Assembly: GCA_951406725.2 (NCBI GenBank)
Contig: OX597843.1
Coordinates: forward strand, 17,236,001-17,300,000
DNA from: Octopus vulgaris
Lineage: Eukaryota
Direction of reading: 5' to 3'
DNA: 64,000 bases
The translations under genes and the position numbers were made by a program. This document shows positions 27,804 through 40,773 of this stretch, in pieces (position 1 is the first letter of the stretch; every line of letters starts with the position of its first letter). Below the pieces are notes generated by a model that saw only the letters and a program-made list of their open reading frames with translations, was not told where the DNA came from and searched no databases.

Positions 27804-30800
27804 ATATGTATTCTTTTATTCTTTTACTTGTTTCAGTCATCTGACTGCAGCCATGCTGAAGCACTATCATAAAGGGTTTTTGGGTTTTTAGTTGAAGAAA
27901 TCAACCCAATCTCTTTTGCTAAACCATTAGGTTATGGAGAAATAAACATCAACACTGGTTGTCAAGCAGTGATGGGAGGACAAACACAAGCAGACACACA
28001 CATAAATATATATATATACTAGCTGTATCGCCCGGCGTTGCTCGGGTTTGTAAGGGAAATAACTATATAAGCATTTTTAGAGATGTAAAGTATAATAGCC
28101 ATCTCAATATGGCTAACCACAAAGGGGGGTGTTACTGTAGCTTTTTACGTTCTGAGATTTAATAATAAATTTTTAGAGAGTTACTTCCCTTATATAATAG
28201 CAAAAAAATGCATTAAAAATGGGAAAAAATGATGGTAAATTTTTTTTTAAATCGTAGACTCATCGTAGACGTGCACTAATACCCAGAAGGCCTCGATATG
28301 AATCATGACTATAAGATACCCGCTTTTGGTTACACTGCACCGCAAAATGTGGGAGTAGTTAGGAATCTAAATCGTAGGAGACAGACACACAACTTGACTT
28401 TTATATATAAAGATATATGTGTTGTTGTTGGTATCCTTTTGTCTTGGGAGACAATGGAGTTGCGCATAAACTAATCCAGTCTGGTTTTTACATTTCATGT
28501 CCTCTCCAGTTTTGCGCAGGTCTGGGCAAGATGTAAGGAAATCCTGGGTAGCCCAATCGTCAGGATTCCTCACTCGACCTTGCTGACGTAGTCCAAAGGA
28601 GTGCAGAGCATTACGTTTGGCACCAGCTTGGGAGTTGCCGAAAGAGTGTTGAGTCGAACACTAAACCACCTACGGGGCTCTGTCCGGGTACTGTCAGCTG
28701 GAGCCAGCTGAGCCCGGGACTCGTGTCAGGCAGGGTCGTCATTCCCTGAAGTAGTGAAGAAAATCGCTACCCACTACCTACACACACGCACACATACGAC
28801 AGGCTTCTTTCAGTTTCCATCTACCAAATCTACTAACAGGACTTTGGTCAGCCTGAGGCTATTGCAGAAGATATTTGCCCAAAGTGCTGCACAGTGGGAC
28901 TGAACCCGGAACCATGTGGTTGAGAAGCAAGTTTCTTACCGCACAGCCATGCCTGCCCCTATGTATGTACGTATGTATGTTTATGTATATTCATATGTAT
29001 ATGTGTGTCTTTGTGTTTCTTTGGCTTCTACCACATGACAACCAGTGTTGGTTTGTTTAGTGGTTAGCTCAGTGGTTCAAACCAATAAGATATGTACCAG
29101 ACTTTAAAAATATGTATTTTAAGTTGATTTGCTCAACTAAACCCTTTGACGCTGTGCTCCAGCATGGCCACATATCAACGACTGAAACAAGTAAAAGAAT
29201 AAAAGATTATTATTAGCTGCAATAACAAGGCAATAGAGAGAAGGAGAGAAAGAGGTTATAAAGTCTTACCTGAAGCCCACACGTGCGAAGGATACCAACA
29301 CAGATGTAAGTAAAAGGGGATTCAGAGGTTGTGGTGATTGGTGGTTGATTGGTCAACTGGCAGGAGATTCAAAAGAACAAAATAAAGGAAACAGATGTAA
29401 AGAATAAAGAATTAAGGAATTGTTTCTTTTTTTCATAACAAATTTACAAAAATTATCACACAATCCAAACCACCGTTAGCTATATATGTGTATGTGTGTG
29501 TGTGTGTGTGCATGTGTACATATATATACATCATGATCATCGCTTAACATCTGATTTCCATGCAAGCATGGGTTGGATGGTTCGACCGGGGTCTGGGAAG
29601 CCAGGAGGCTGAACCAGGCCCAGTCAGATCTGGCAGTGTTTCTACAGCTGGATGCCCTTGCTAATGCCAACCACTCCGTGAGTGCAGTGGGTGCTTTTTA
29701 TGTGCCACCGGCACAGGTGCCAGGCGAGGCTGGCAAACGTCCACGATCGGATGGTGCTTTTTATGTGCCACTGGCACGGAGGCCAGGTGAGGCTGGCAAA
29801 CGGCCACGATCGGATGATGCTTTTTACGTGCCACCGGCACGGAAGCCAATCAGGGCGGCACTGGCACGTCCGTTTTCCATGCTAGCATGGGTTGGATGGT
29901 TCAACCATGGTCTGGAAAGCCAGGAGGCTGCACCAGGCTCCTGTCTGATATGGCAGTGTTTCTACAGCTGAATTGCCAGAGGAGGCTGGCAAACGGCCAC
30001 GATAAGTTGGTGTTTTTACGTGTCATATATATAACTGTGAATTTTATTCTCCTATCTGTATTCCTCTATCTACTTTTACCCTTTTTTCTTCTCTTTTATT
30101 ACTTCTGAACTGTGAACTTCCATCTAGAACTTTCATACATACTCACCTTGTCTCTGATGATGGAACACCCAGTGTACAGACATGTTAGCCTATCACTCGG
30201 GATATCCCAGAAACAGCTGTAAGACTTCAAATTCACCTTACCCTAATTAAATTATTCTAAATGACTTGAGATACTCATCCTGCCTTGGTTTTTGTTGTCC
30301 ATTTTCCTCTGATATAATATATACCTGCTAACACAGAAGCCTAATATGGACACTTACTTGTACTTGTGGCGACATTCACCCTGGACGGGTTGAGTCGGCT
30401 TCTTCTTTGGAAGAAGTTTCATGGGAATATGTGGATTTCACAAGTGGTCCCCAACAATCCTGCATGTAGGGACATCCTGTTTGCCACAGATTGTCCGCAG
30501 ATGCAGGGACAGAATGACCGAGGAGCCGCCGGTTGCCGAAACAGACACTCCGAGGATTTTCACCGGGTTGTGGCCCTAATACCACTCGGTGTCAGACCAA
30601 TCCGTCTTGAGTGGCCCTACCAGGAACCGAAGTTCCTGATGGCATAGCTCTGACACTACCCGTTGCCAGCGTCCCCACCACGGTGAGGAGGGGATAGACT
30701 TTGGGGTACCTTACCCTGAATATGGATCCCTAGCTCCAGCTTCAGCTGTGAACTTGGAACCTAAAGGATGACCAATCATAGCACTTACTTAGTGTACCTA

Positions 30801-33800
30801 TTCATTTAGATCACCAGCGAACTAAACTCCTCATCTTTATATATATTATCATCATCGTTGTCGTTAAATGTCCACTTTCCATGCTGGCATGGGTTGGATG
30901 GTTTGACTGAGGACTGGCAAGCCAAAAGGCTGCTCCAGGCTACACTTTGATCTGGCAAGGTTTCTACAGCTGGATGCCCTTCCTAACATCATCCACTCCA
31001 AGAGTGTTGTGGGTGCTTTTTATGTGCCACGGGCACAAGGGCCAGTCAGGCAGTACTGGTATTAATCACACTTGAATGGTGCATTTTACTTGCCACCAGA
31101 ACGGGAGCCAGTCAAGCAGCACTGTCAACGAACCATGCTCAAATGGTGCTATTGGCACAGTAGCCAGTTAGGCGGCACTGGCAATGACTACACCTAATTG
31201 GTGCTTTTTATGTGCCACCAGCATGGGTGCCAGTCAGGCGGTACTGGCATCGGCCATGACAATGACTTCACTTGACTCAACAGATCTTTGCAAGCACAGT
31301 TTATTACAAAATGATTGAAGGGTACTCTTAAATGGGTCGGTTGTGCTGCACTGGCATAGGCCATGGTTACAGTCTCACTTCGCTTGCCGGGTCTTCTCAA
31401 GCACAGCATATCTCCAAAGGTCATGGTCTCCAGTCGTTGCCTCCATGAGGTCCAACATTCGACAGTCGTGCTTCACCACCTCATCCCAGATCTTCCTGGG
31501 TCTACCTCTTCCAGTTTCCGTCAACCACTAGGGTGTGACACTTTTTCACATAGCTGTCCTCATCCATTCTCACCACATGACCATACCAGTGCAGTCATCT
31601 CACTTGCACACCACATTTAATGCTTCTCATGTCCAACTTTTCTCTCAGGACGCTTACACTCTGTCATGTATGCACACTGACATTACCCATCCAGCAGAGC
31701 ATACTAGCTTCATTTCTTGCAAGCTTACCCATGTCCTCTGCAGTCACAGCCCATGTTTCACTGCCATGCAGCATGGCTGTTTGCACACATGCATCATACA
31801 GTCTACCTTTTACTCTGAGTGAGAGGCCCTTTGTCACAAACAGAGATAGGAGCCCTCTGTATATATACACACACACTAGACTACCCATGATCCATTGTGT
31901 CACTGGAAAAGTCTGAGTTTCCCAGGAACAGAGTTTTGTTTTGTGGATGTTTTTTTATCCAGGTTTCAAGAAATGTGACATTGGAATCATGTGTGAATGG
32001 CTCCTTTCCTCAGAAAAGGAAAGATTTGGCTGCTATTTCTTGCATGCCCTGCTACCACATAACAGGTATTTCAGTCCTTTATCGCAAATAGCCATTATGT
32101 GGTAGCAGGACATGCTAGAAATAGCAACCAAATCTTTGGAGGTGAGCCATGTTGAATGCACTTGAAAAAACCTACAGAAAAAATTATGAACAAGTCTTTT
32201 ACGAAATATTTACTGTACTTTTAAAGTCATTTTCACTTTAAAATATTTTTTAAATCTGCCCCCCAAATTTTTGTTATGGCATTCACTTGAAAATAATTAA
32301 ACAAAATATAAAAATATCGTCTGTTTAAAGAAAGTTAAAATATAAATATTTACTGTACAAACAACTTACACTTTTGAAATCACATTCACTTAATAATATT
32401 TTTAAATGATTAAAATAGTGTTTAACAAAAGCAAAAGTCAGTGTCTAATCGAAAGATAAGGGTTTCTTCCTTTCAGGATTAAGATTATTTTCAGAATATT
32501 TTCCCATTATGCACCATTTTCCATATTTATAACCTGAAAACCTCTATCTTAAAAACCACTTGTCCGATTCATGTAAAACTTGTTTTATTCAAATCATATT
32601 CACATTTCAGGGGCAACCTAATTCACAGTATTTTCCCATTATGCACCAGTTTGGCTCGGTAACATTGCAAGCAAGCAAGCAAGATTCAAGCTCACTTTTA
32701 ATGGATTGTAGATATACATCTTTTATCTTTTACTTGTTTCAGTCATTAGACTGTGACTATGCGGGGGCACCACCTTGAAAAAGTTTTAAATAAACAAATC
32801 AACTCCAGCTATTTTACCAGTCTCTTTTGCTGAACCGTTAGGTTACAGGGATGTAAACACACCAACACCAGTCATCAAGTGGTGGTGATGGTGGGGACAA
32901 ACACAGACACAAAGACACACTCATATGTGTATGTATATATATATATATATATGAAGCAGGCTTCTTTCAGATTCTGTCTACCAAATCCATTCACAAGGCT
33001 TTGGCTGTCCTGAGGTTAAGTAGAAGACACTTGCCCCAGGTGCAATACAGTGGGACCGAATCTGGAACCATGTGGTTGGGAGACAAGCTTCTTACCACGC
33101 AACCATACCTGCGCCTAGATATATTGGTGTGTGTGTGTGTGTGTGTGTTTATATATATATATATATATATGAAAGGTGTTTGTAAGCCATTTAAGAAACA
33201 CACAAAACCGTTCGATTCACTTCAACATTTAAGTTTAATTTGTCAAAATATTTTCATCGTTTAAGACCGCGACCTGTTCACTGACAAAAATCCGTGCATC
33301 CGTGCAGCATGGATTTTTGTCAGTGAACAGGTCGCGGTCTTAAAGCGAGGAAAATATTTTGACAAATTAAACTTAAATGTTGAAGTGAATCGAACGGCTT
33401 TTGTGTGTTTCTTAAATGGCTTACAAACACCTTCCACACTGCAATTGTTTTCGTTTCAGCACACGATCTCAGATCAAATCACTTGCTATGCAAGTACATC
33501 TCCCTATATATATATGTATATATAATTAATCAAAAAAACAACACAAGACAAAAGCAACAACACGAGGACGTGTTACATGCAAAGTATTAGGACACGCTCA
33601 GGGAGGGAAAGGAAGGTAATCTTACGTTTTGAGCAAAAGCTCTTCTTCAGAAACAGGAGACAGAGTAAAGTCCAAAAGAAATGGAAGACAGAGGAGAAAA
33701 ACTGCCACAGACTGAAACAGATGAAAAGTAATAATTCTTACCTGTTTCACATGGGTTTTATACCTGATAACGACGTTCAGGTCTCCAGCGGTTACCTGAA

Positions 33801-36597
33801 AGTAAAAAACAACAATATATGGAAACATAAAAAACAGCAACATCACCAACATTAAACAGGCTTCTATGCAGTCACTTAAATGACTAAAAATAGCAGCCAA
33901 ATCACCCTTATAAAATACACCTTACTCTCCCAGAAAAGAAGGATATATTGATCAAAATGATCAGTCAGTCATTTGTGTCGCTATCTGGTATTTACAGGGA
34001 AGAGGGCTCAGATTTGATGTCAGGGTGATTGAGAAGGCATTCAGTAGTGATTATTGTGAGTTAATTCTGATGTCCAGGCAAGCTCTATAGATACTTTGGA
34101 GCAGAAGTTATCCAGAAGGCATTATCACCAATGACAGCAGCAGGATAGCACCTCAGCCCTTTATTCAATGATACAGCTGTTTCAATTCTTGAATTTTTCA
34201 GTGAAGCATAATCTACACTTTTATCGTTCTCTGGGGCAGCTCTGTTCACAATGATGCTAGTCATTACGGTGCATGCAGAACAGTAATTCCTTAGTTTCAA
34301 GACAAATTGGAATTAAAAGGTAAAGTTCTCCTGGTTTCTCTACTTGAATGTGTATAAACGTGTTTGCGGTAAGTACCATATACTTCCTCTCAATAACATC
34401 AGAGTCTGATATATATATTATGTGTGGTGGGGTCTGGTTTAGGTACACATGATATTCTAAATGTTAAGAATAAGAGAATTTCTAAAGTTACAAAATGGTT
34501 GTTGAGTTGGGAGCCATCTGTATTATATTTTAGGTTGTAGTGTACAACCAGCAAAAAAAATATTATTCAGGCAAGAATAGCTGATCTTAATGTTATTAGT
34601 ATTGAAGAGTGTGTTGTATTTATGTCTAAACGTGAAGTAGTGTTTTACTAGCGGTTAAATGCTGGTAGTTACAATTATTTCAAACGGTGGATTGAACCAG
34701 ATTACATTCTTCTTCCTGGTTCTACTGCTCTGAAAAGAGCAATTCCTTGGCTATTAGTTTCTCACTTAAACCACTTCTTGCTAGCATCATTTTAATAGAG
34801 GGTGGCTCTGTTGAAAATGACCCTGTCCAAGAACATGTCTGAAACTTTTCTAATTATACTATCTCCCAGATTCTTAATTATGGAAGAGAGATGACTGGAA
34901 TTTTGGTGTGTGTAGTTTCATTCATCCTCATCATCATCGTTTAACATCTGCTTTCCATGCTAGCATGGGTTGGACGGTTTGACTGAGGACTGGCGAACCA
35001 GATGGCTGCACCAGGCTCCAATCTTGATCTGGCAGAGTTTCTACAGCTGGATCATTGCTTGGCATTATATAGGAATAGTTTTTGTCTGTGAGTACAATTA
35101 ATGTAATATTTTAGAATTTATTATATCATGATCATGGTCATCATCATTATGCACGTGTGTGCACATGTGTGTGTGTGCACATGTGTGTGTGTGCACATGT
35201 GTGTGTGTGCACATGTGTGTGTGTGCACATGTGTGTGTGCACACATGTGTGTGTGTGCACATGTTTAAAATTAAAATCTGAGGAGCATATGACAATTTGT
35301 ATATATACTAGCACTATGACCCGGTGTTGCTGGGTCATAGTGCTAGTGCATGCACATACAGCTGCACGCGTGCACACATACACACGAGTACTGTCCAAAT
35401 CTCCGACCAATCACATACAGCTAGCTGGCATTCAATTGGTGTATCAAGTTTCGGGCATTTTGATTGGGTTTTGGATAGAAAATTCACAAAAAGAGTCACT
35501 TCTATTGATCTTTTTAATGGCTTTGCGGGGTGACTGGGGAAATGTAAAGATGTGCACGACCACCCTTGGATGGTTTTGAATGACCATAGAAAGTGCAAGC
35601 CCTCTAACTGAAAAATTGTGGATTTGTATAAAGGACACACACACACACATGCACACACAGACAGACATTTTGCTGTTTATATATATAGAGAGAGATATAT
35701 GTGTATAGTGTATATATGTATGTGTGTGTATGTATGTGTGTGTATATGTATGTATGTATGTGTGTATGTAATTAAGTATCAACATCAATCATTTTTTTCA
35801 TTTACACATGATTGAATGCATGAATGACCTTGATACACACACACACATACTTACATAGATATACACACAGGAGTGGCTGTGTGGTAAGTAGCTTGCTAAC
35901 CAACCACATGGTTCCGGGTTCAGTCCCACTGCGTGGCACCTTGGGCAAGTGTCTTCTGCTATAGCCCTGTGAGTGGATTTGGTGGAAGGAAACTGAAAGA
36001 AGCCTGTCATATATATGTATGTGTATGTTTGCGTGTATGTTTGTGTGTCTGTATTTGTTTCCCTAGCATTGCTTGACAACCGACGCTGGTGTGTTTACGT
36101 CCTCGTCACTTAGCGGTTCGGCAAAAGAGACCGATAGAATAAGTACTGGGCTTACAAAGAATAAGTCCCGGGGTTGATTTGCTCGACTAAAGGCGGTGCT
36201 CCAGCATGGCCGCAGTCAAATGACTGGAACAAGTAAAAATGAGAGTAAAGAGAAACACAACTATATATACACGTACAAACACATACATGCACACATACAT
36301 ACGTATACACACATACAACAGTATATATCGAATATATGAGTCAGTGCCAGGAATAGATTTGAGAAGGGGGGAGGGGAAAATGCATGGAAAAGAAAAGCAC
36401 TCACCGATTCACAGGTACTGGTTTGTGTATCAGTCGTTACCATGGTGAGGGGGAGTTTGAATTTCTGCGTCAAGGGTTCTTGCTTGTACATTGAAATCAT
36501 TGCACACAGCTTCACTAGGGGCAACGTTGCCTAGGGGAGAGAGGGAGACAGAAATGGAAAGAAATATACATGTTTATTAAAGTGTAACCGAGTGTGT

Positions 36598-36644
<47 letters not shown>

Positions 36645-37296
36645 TAATCAAACAAGAAAACACAAAAAAACACAGCAACGCGAGGACGTGGAACAAATAA
36701 AGTATTATTGGACGCTCAGGAAAAAAGGGAAGAAGGAGGGTTTAACGTTTTGAGCGGAGCTCTTCGTCGGAAACAAAGGAGAAGGAAAGATCCAGAGAAG
36801 GGAAGACAGAGGAAAAAAAATTGCTAGTGGTGCTCATATCCATTGCTAGTGGAGCACTAAGAGTACCATACGAGTGAGATCGTTGCCAGAACAACAAGCT
36901 GGCCTTCGTGCCGATGGCATGTTAAACACACCATTCGAGCGTGATCGTTACCACATCGCCTTACTGGCACTTGTGCTGGTGGCACGTGAAACATTCGAGC
37001 GAGGTCGTCGCCAGTGCCGCTGGACTGGCTCCTGTGCAGGTGGCACGTAAAAAGCACCATTTGGGCGTGGCCGTTGCCAGTACCACCACACTGGTCCTCG
37101 TGCCGGTGGCACGTAAAAGGCACCCACTACACTCTTGGAGTGGTTGGCATTAGGAAGGGCATCCAGCTGTAGAAACTCTGCCAGATCAGACTGGAGCCTG
37201 GTGCAGCCATCTGGTTCGCCAGTCCTCAGTCAAATCGTCCAACCCATGCCAGCATGGAAAGTGGACATTAAACGATGATGATGATGATGATGATGA

Positions 37297-37336
<40 letters not shown>

Positions 37337-37955
37337 CTATCGCCTGACTGACCCTTGTGCCGGTGGCAAGTAAAAGCACCCACTAAACTCTCGGAGTGGT
37401 TGGCGTTAGGAAGGGCATTCAGCTGTAGAAACTCTGCCAGATCAGATTGGAGTCTGGTTCACCAGACCTCAGTCAAATCGTCCAACCCATGCTAGCATGG
37501 AAAGCAGACGTTAAATGATGATATTTACATAAAATGAAGCTAAAGCCTTTCTGGATGTGAAACCATTGGTCACTCTATGACCAGGCATAGACTTAACTGC
37601 ATATAAATACATTATTGCCCTTTGCTTTAAATTAAACATGGCTAACTCTCCCACAAACATCATCCACTTCCACAAGGGTAAAGACTCCCTTCGGTCATGA
37701 ATGACCATGAAATTGCACCTAGAAAGTTACCCTCCCAGGCACATGTCTGGGCAAGGTTGTTTAAGGAAGACCAGCAGTCGCCCATGCATACTGGCCTCCC
37801 CCTCTCCATGCCACCAGTGTTATCCAAGGGAAAGGCAAAGGGGCCAATACAGCTTGGCACTAGTGACATCACAACCCATTTCTATAGGTGAGTGAACTGG
37901 AGCAACGTGAAATAAAGTGTCTTGCTCAAGAACACAACACATAACCCAGTCCGGG

Positions 37956-37995
<40 letters not shown>

Positions 37996-40733
37996 GTGAG
38001 GGGACTCCAAAAGGGGTCTCAGGGAGTAGTGTCCCTGTTTTCCTGAGCTAGTTTCCCATCACATTTCTTAAAAATCTTGTAGAGGCCTTATTCTCAGGAC
38101 CACTCATGTCTAGAAACTGAGGTTGGTGGGTAAGCAAGGGTATGCTCCACGTAGAAAATCCAGCTCAAAAAAACCTCAGGGAGAATGGGCACCAGCCGGC
38201 CCAAAGGTTGGGGTGGGCTGCACCTGCCTACCTCAGTTGTTATGGCATTGAGGTAGATCTGGCCACCCCTATTAACGGGGACAAAACCCAGATTTAAAAC
38301 ACTGGATGAATATATTATATAAAGAGTAAAAAAATAAAGACCCCCTTTGGCCACAAATGAATATGGGATTACACCTCAGAAGTTCCCCTCCGAGGCTCAA
38401 ATCTGGGCAAGGTTGTTTATGGAAGACCAGCAGTCACCCATGCATACCAGCCTCCCCTCTCCATGCTACTGATGTTATCCAAGGGAAAGGCAAAGGGGCC
38501 GATACAGCTTGGCACCAGGGATGTTGCAACGCATTTCTTATTTCTTCATTGCCCACAAGGGGCTAAACATAGAAGAGACAAACATGGACAGACAAACGGA
38601 TTAAGTCGATTAGATCGACCCCAGTTACTTAATTTATTGACCCCGAACAGATGAAAGACAAAATGAACTCAGAACGTAGTGGCAGAAGAAATACCTAGTT
38701 CATTACTACCCACAATGAGCTAAACACAGAAGGGACAAACAAGGACAGACAAACGGATTAAGTTGATTGTATCGACCCCTGTGCTTAACTGGTACTTATT
38801 TAATCGACCCCGAAAGGATGAAAGACAAAGTCGACGGAATTAGAACTCAGAACGTAGCAGCAGATGAAATACCTATTTCGTTACTACCCACAATGGGCTA
38901 AACACAGAAGGGACAAACAAGGACAGACAAACGGATTAAGTTGATTGTATCGACCCCTGTGCTTAACTGGTACTTATTTAATCGACCCCGAAAGGATGAA
39001 AGGCAAAGTCGACTTTGGCGGAATTTGAACTCAGAACGTAGCAGCAGATGAAATACCTATTTCTTTACTACTTACAAGAGGCCAAACAGAGGACAAACAA
39101 GGACAGACAAACGGATTAAGTTGATTGTATCGACCCCTGTGCTTAACTGGTACTTATTTAATCGACCCCGAAAGCATGAAAGGCAAAGTCGACTTTGGCG
39201 GAATTTGAACTCAAAACGTAGTGGCAGATGAAATACCTATTTCTTTACTACTTACAAGAGGCCAAACAGAGGACAAACAAGGACAGACAAACGGATTAAG
39301 TTGATTGTATCGACCCCTGTGCTTAACTGGCACTTATTTAATCGACCCCGAAAGGATGAAAGGCAAAGTCGACCTCAGCGGAATTTGAACACAGAACGTA
39401 AAGACAGATGAAATACCACTAAGCATTTTGCCCGGTGTGCTAACGATTCTGCCAGCTTGGTGCCTTCTGCAGCGAAACTCATTTCTGCAGACGAATGAAC
39501 TGGAGCAACGTGAAATAAAATATCTTGCTCAAGAACACAACACATAACTCAGTCCGAGAATCAGATTCCCTACCTCGTGACAGTGTGCCACTCACTCCAC
39601 CACCCCATTACATTATCACCTCTTTGTCCGTCAGTGTTTACCAAATTTGGTCATATCCCTTTCTCCTCTTCTCTCAGACAATTTCCTCTCCCAGCCCCCG
39701 CTCCTCAACAAAACCCAAACCCTCCACGACCTGGAACGACCTAGAAGAGGCGCGGAAGGGAAGGTTTACCTTGGCAATGACTTGGTCTCCGATAACGGGA
39801 TGATAGAAACGGCAGCAGACCTGGAACAGGATGTCATTCACTTGGCCCTCGGAGTCAACACAAGCTGAAGAGAGAGAGAGGGAAAAAAAGCAATGAAAGA
39901 ATAACGATGGAGAGAGAGAGGGGGGTATGGGGAGGAGGTAGAGAAGATGGGGGGAGGGGAGATAGGTTAGAGAGAGAGGGAGGGAGGGAGGGAGACAAAC
40001 AGACAGAGGGTATGGATCTCGGGACTTATTCTTTGTAAGCCCAGTACTTATTCTATCGGTCTCTTTTGCCGAACCACTAAGTGATGGGGACGTAAATACA
40101 CCAGCATCAGTTGTCAAGCAATGCTAGGGGGACAAACACACACACACAAACACACACACATATACATATATATATACATATATACAACAGGCTTGTTTCA
40201 GTTTCCGTCTACCAAATCCACTCACAAGGCATTGGTCGGCCCGGGGCTATAGTAGAAGACACTTGCCCAAGATGCCACGCAGTGGAACTGAACCCGGAAC
40301 CATGTGGTTCGTAAGCAAGCTACTTACCACACAGCCACTCCTATCATCATCATCATCACCACTTAATGATCATTTTCCATTCTGCCCTGGATTGAACAGG
40401 TTGACAGGAGCTGGCCAGCCAGGGAGATGTCCAGGGCCCCATGTCTGTTTTGGCATGGTTTCCATGGCTGGATGCCCTTCTTAACACCAAATACTTTGAG
40501 AAATGTACTTAGTGCTTTCTGCCAGCTAACATGAGAATCTCTTCTACTATAGGCAGAAAGCCTGAAATTTAGGGGTGAGGGTTAGTCGATTACATTGACC
40601 CCAGCTGGTACTTATTGTATCAACCCCGAAATGATGAAAGGTAAAGTCGACCTCGGTGGAATTTGAACCAAGAACGTCAAGACAGATGAAATACCACTAC
40701 GGTTCATTTGCCCAGTGTACTAATGAATCTGCC

Positions 40734-40773
<40 letters not shown>

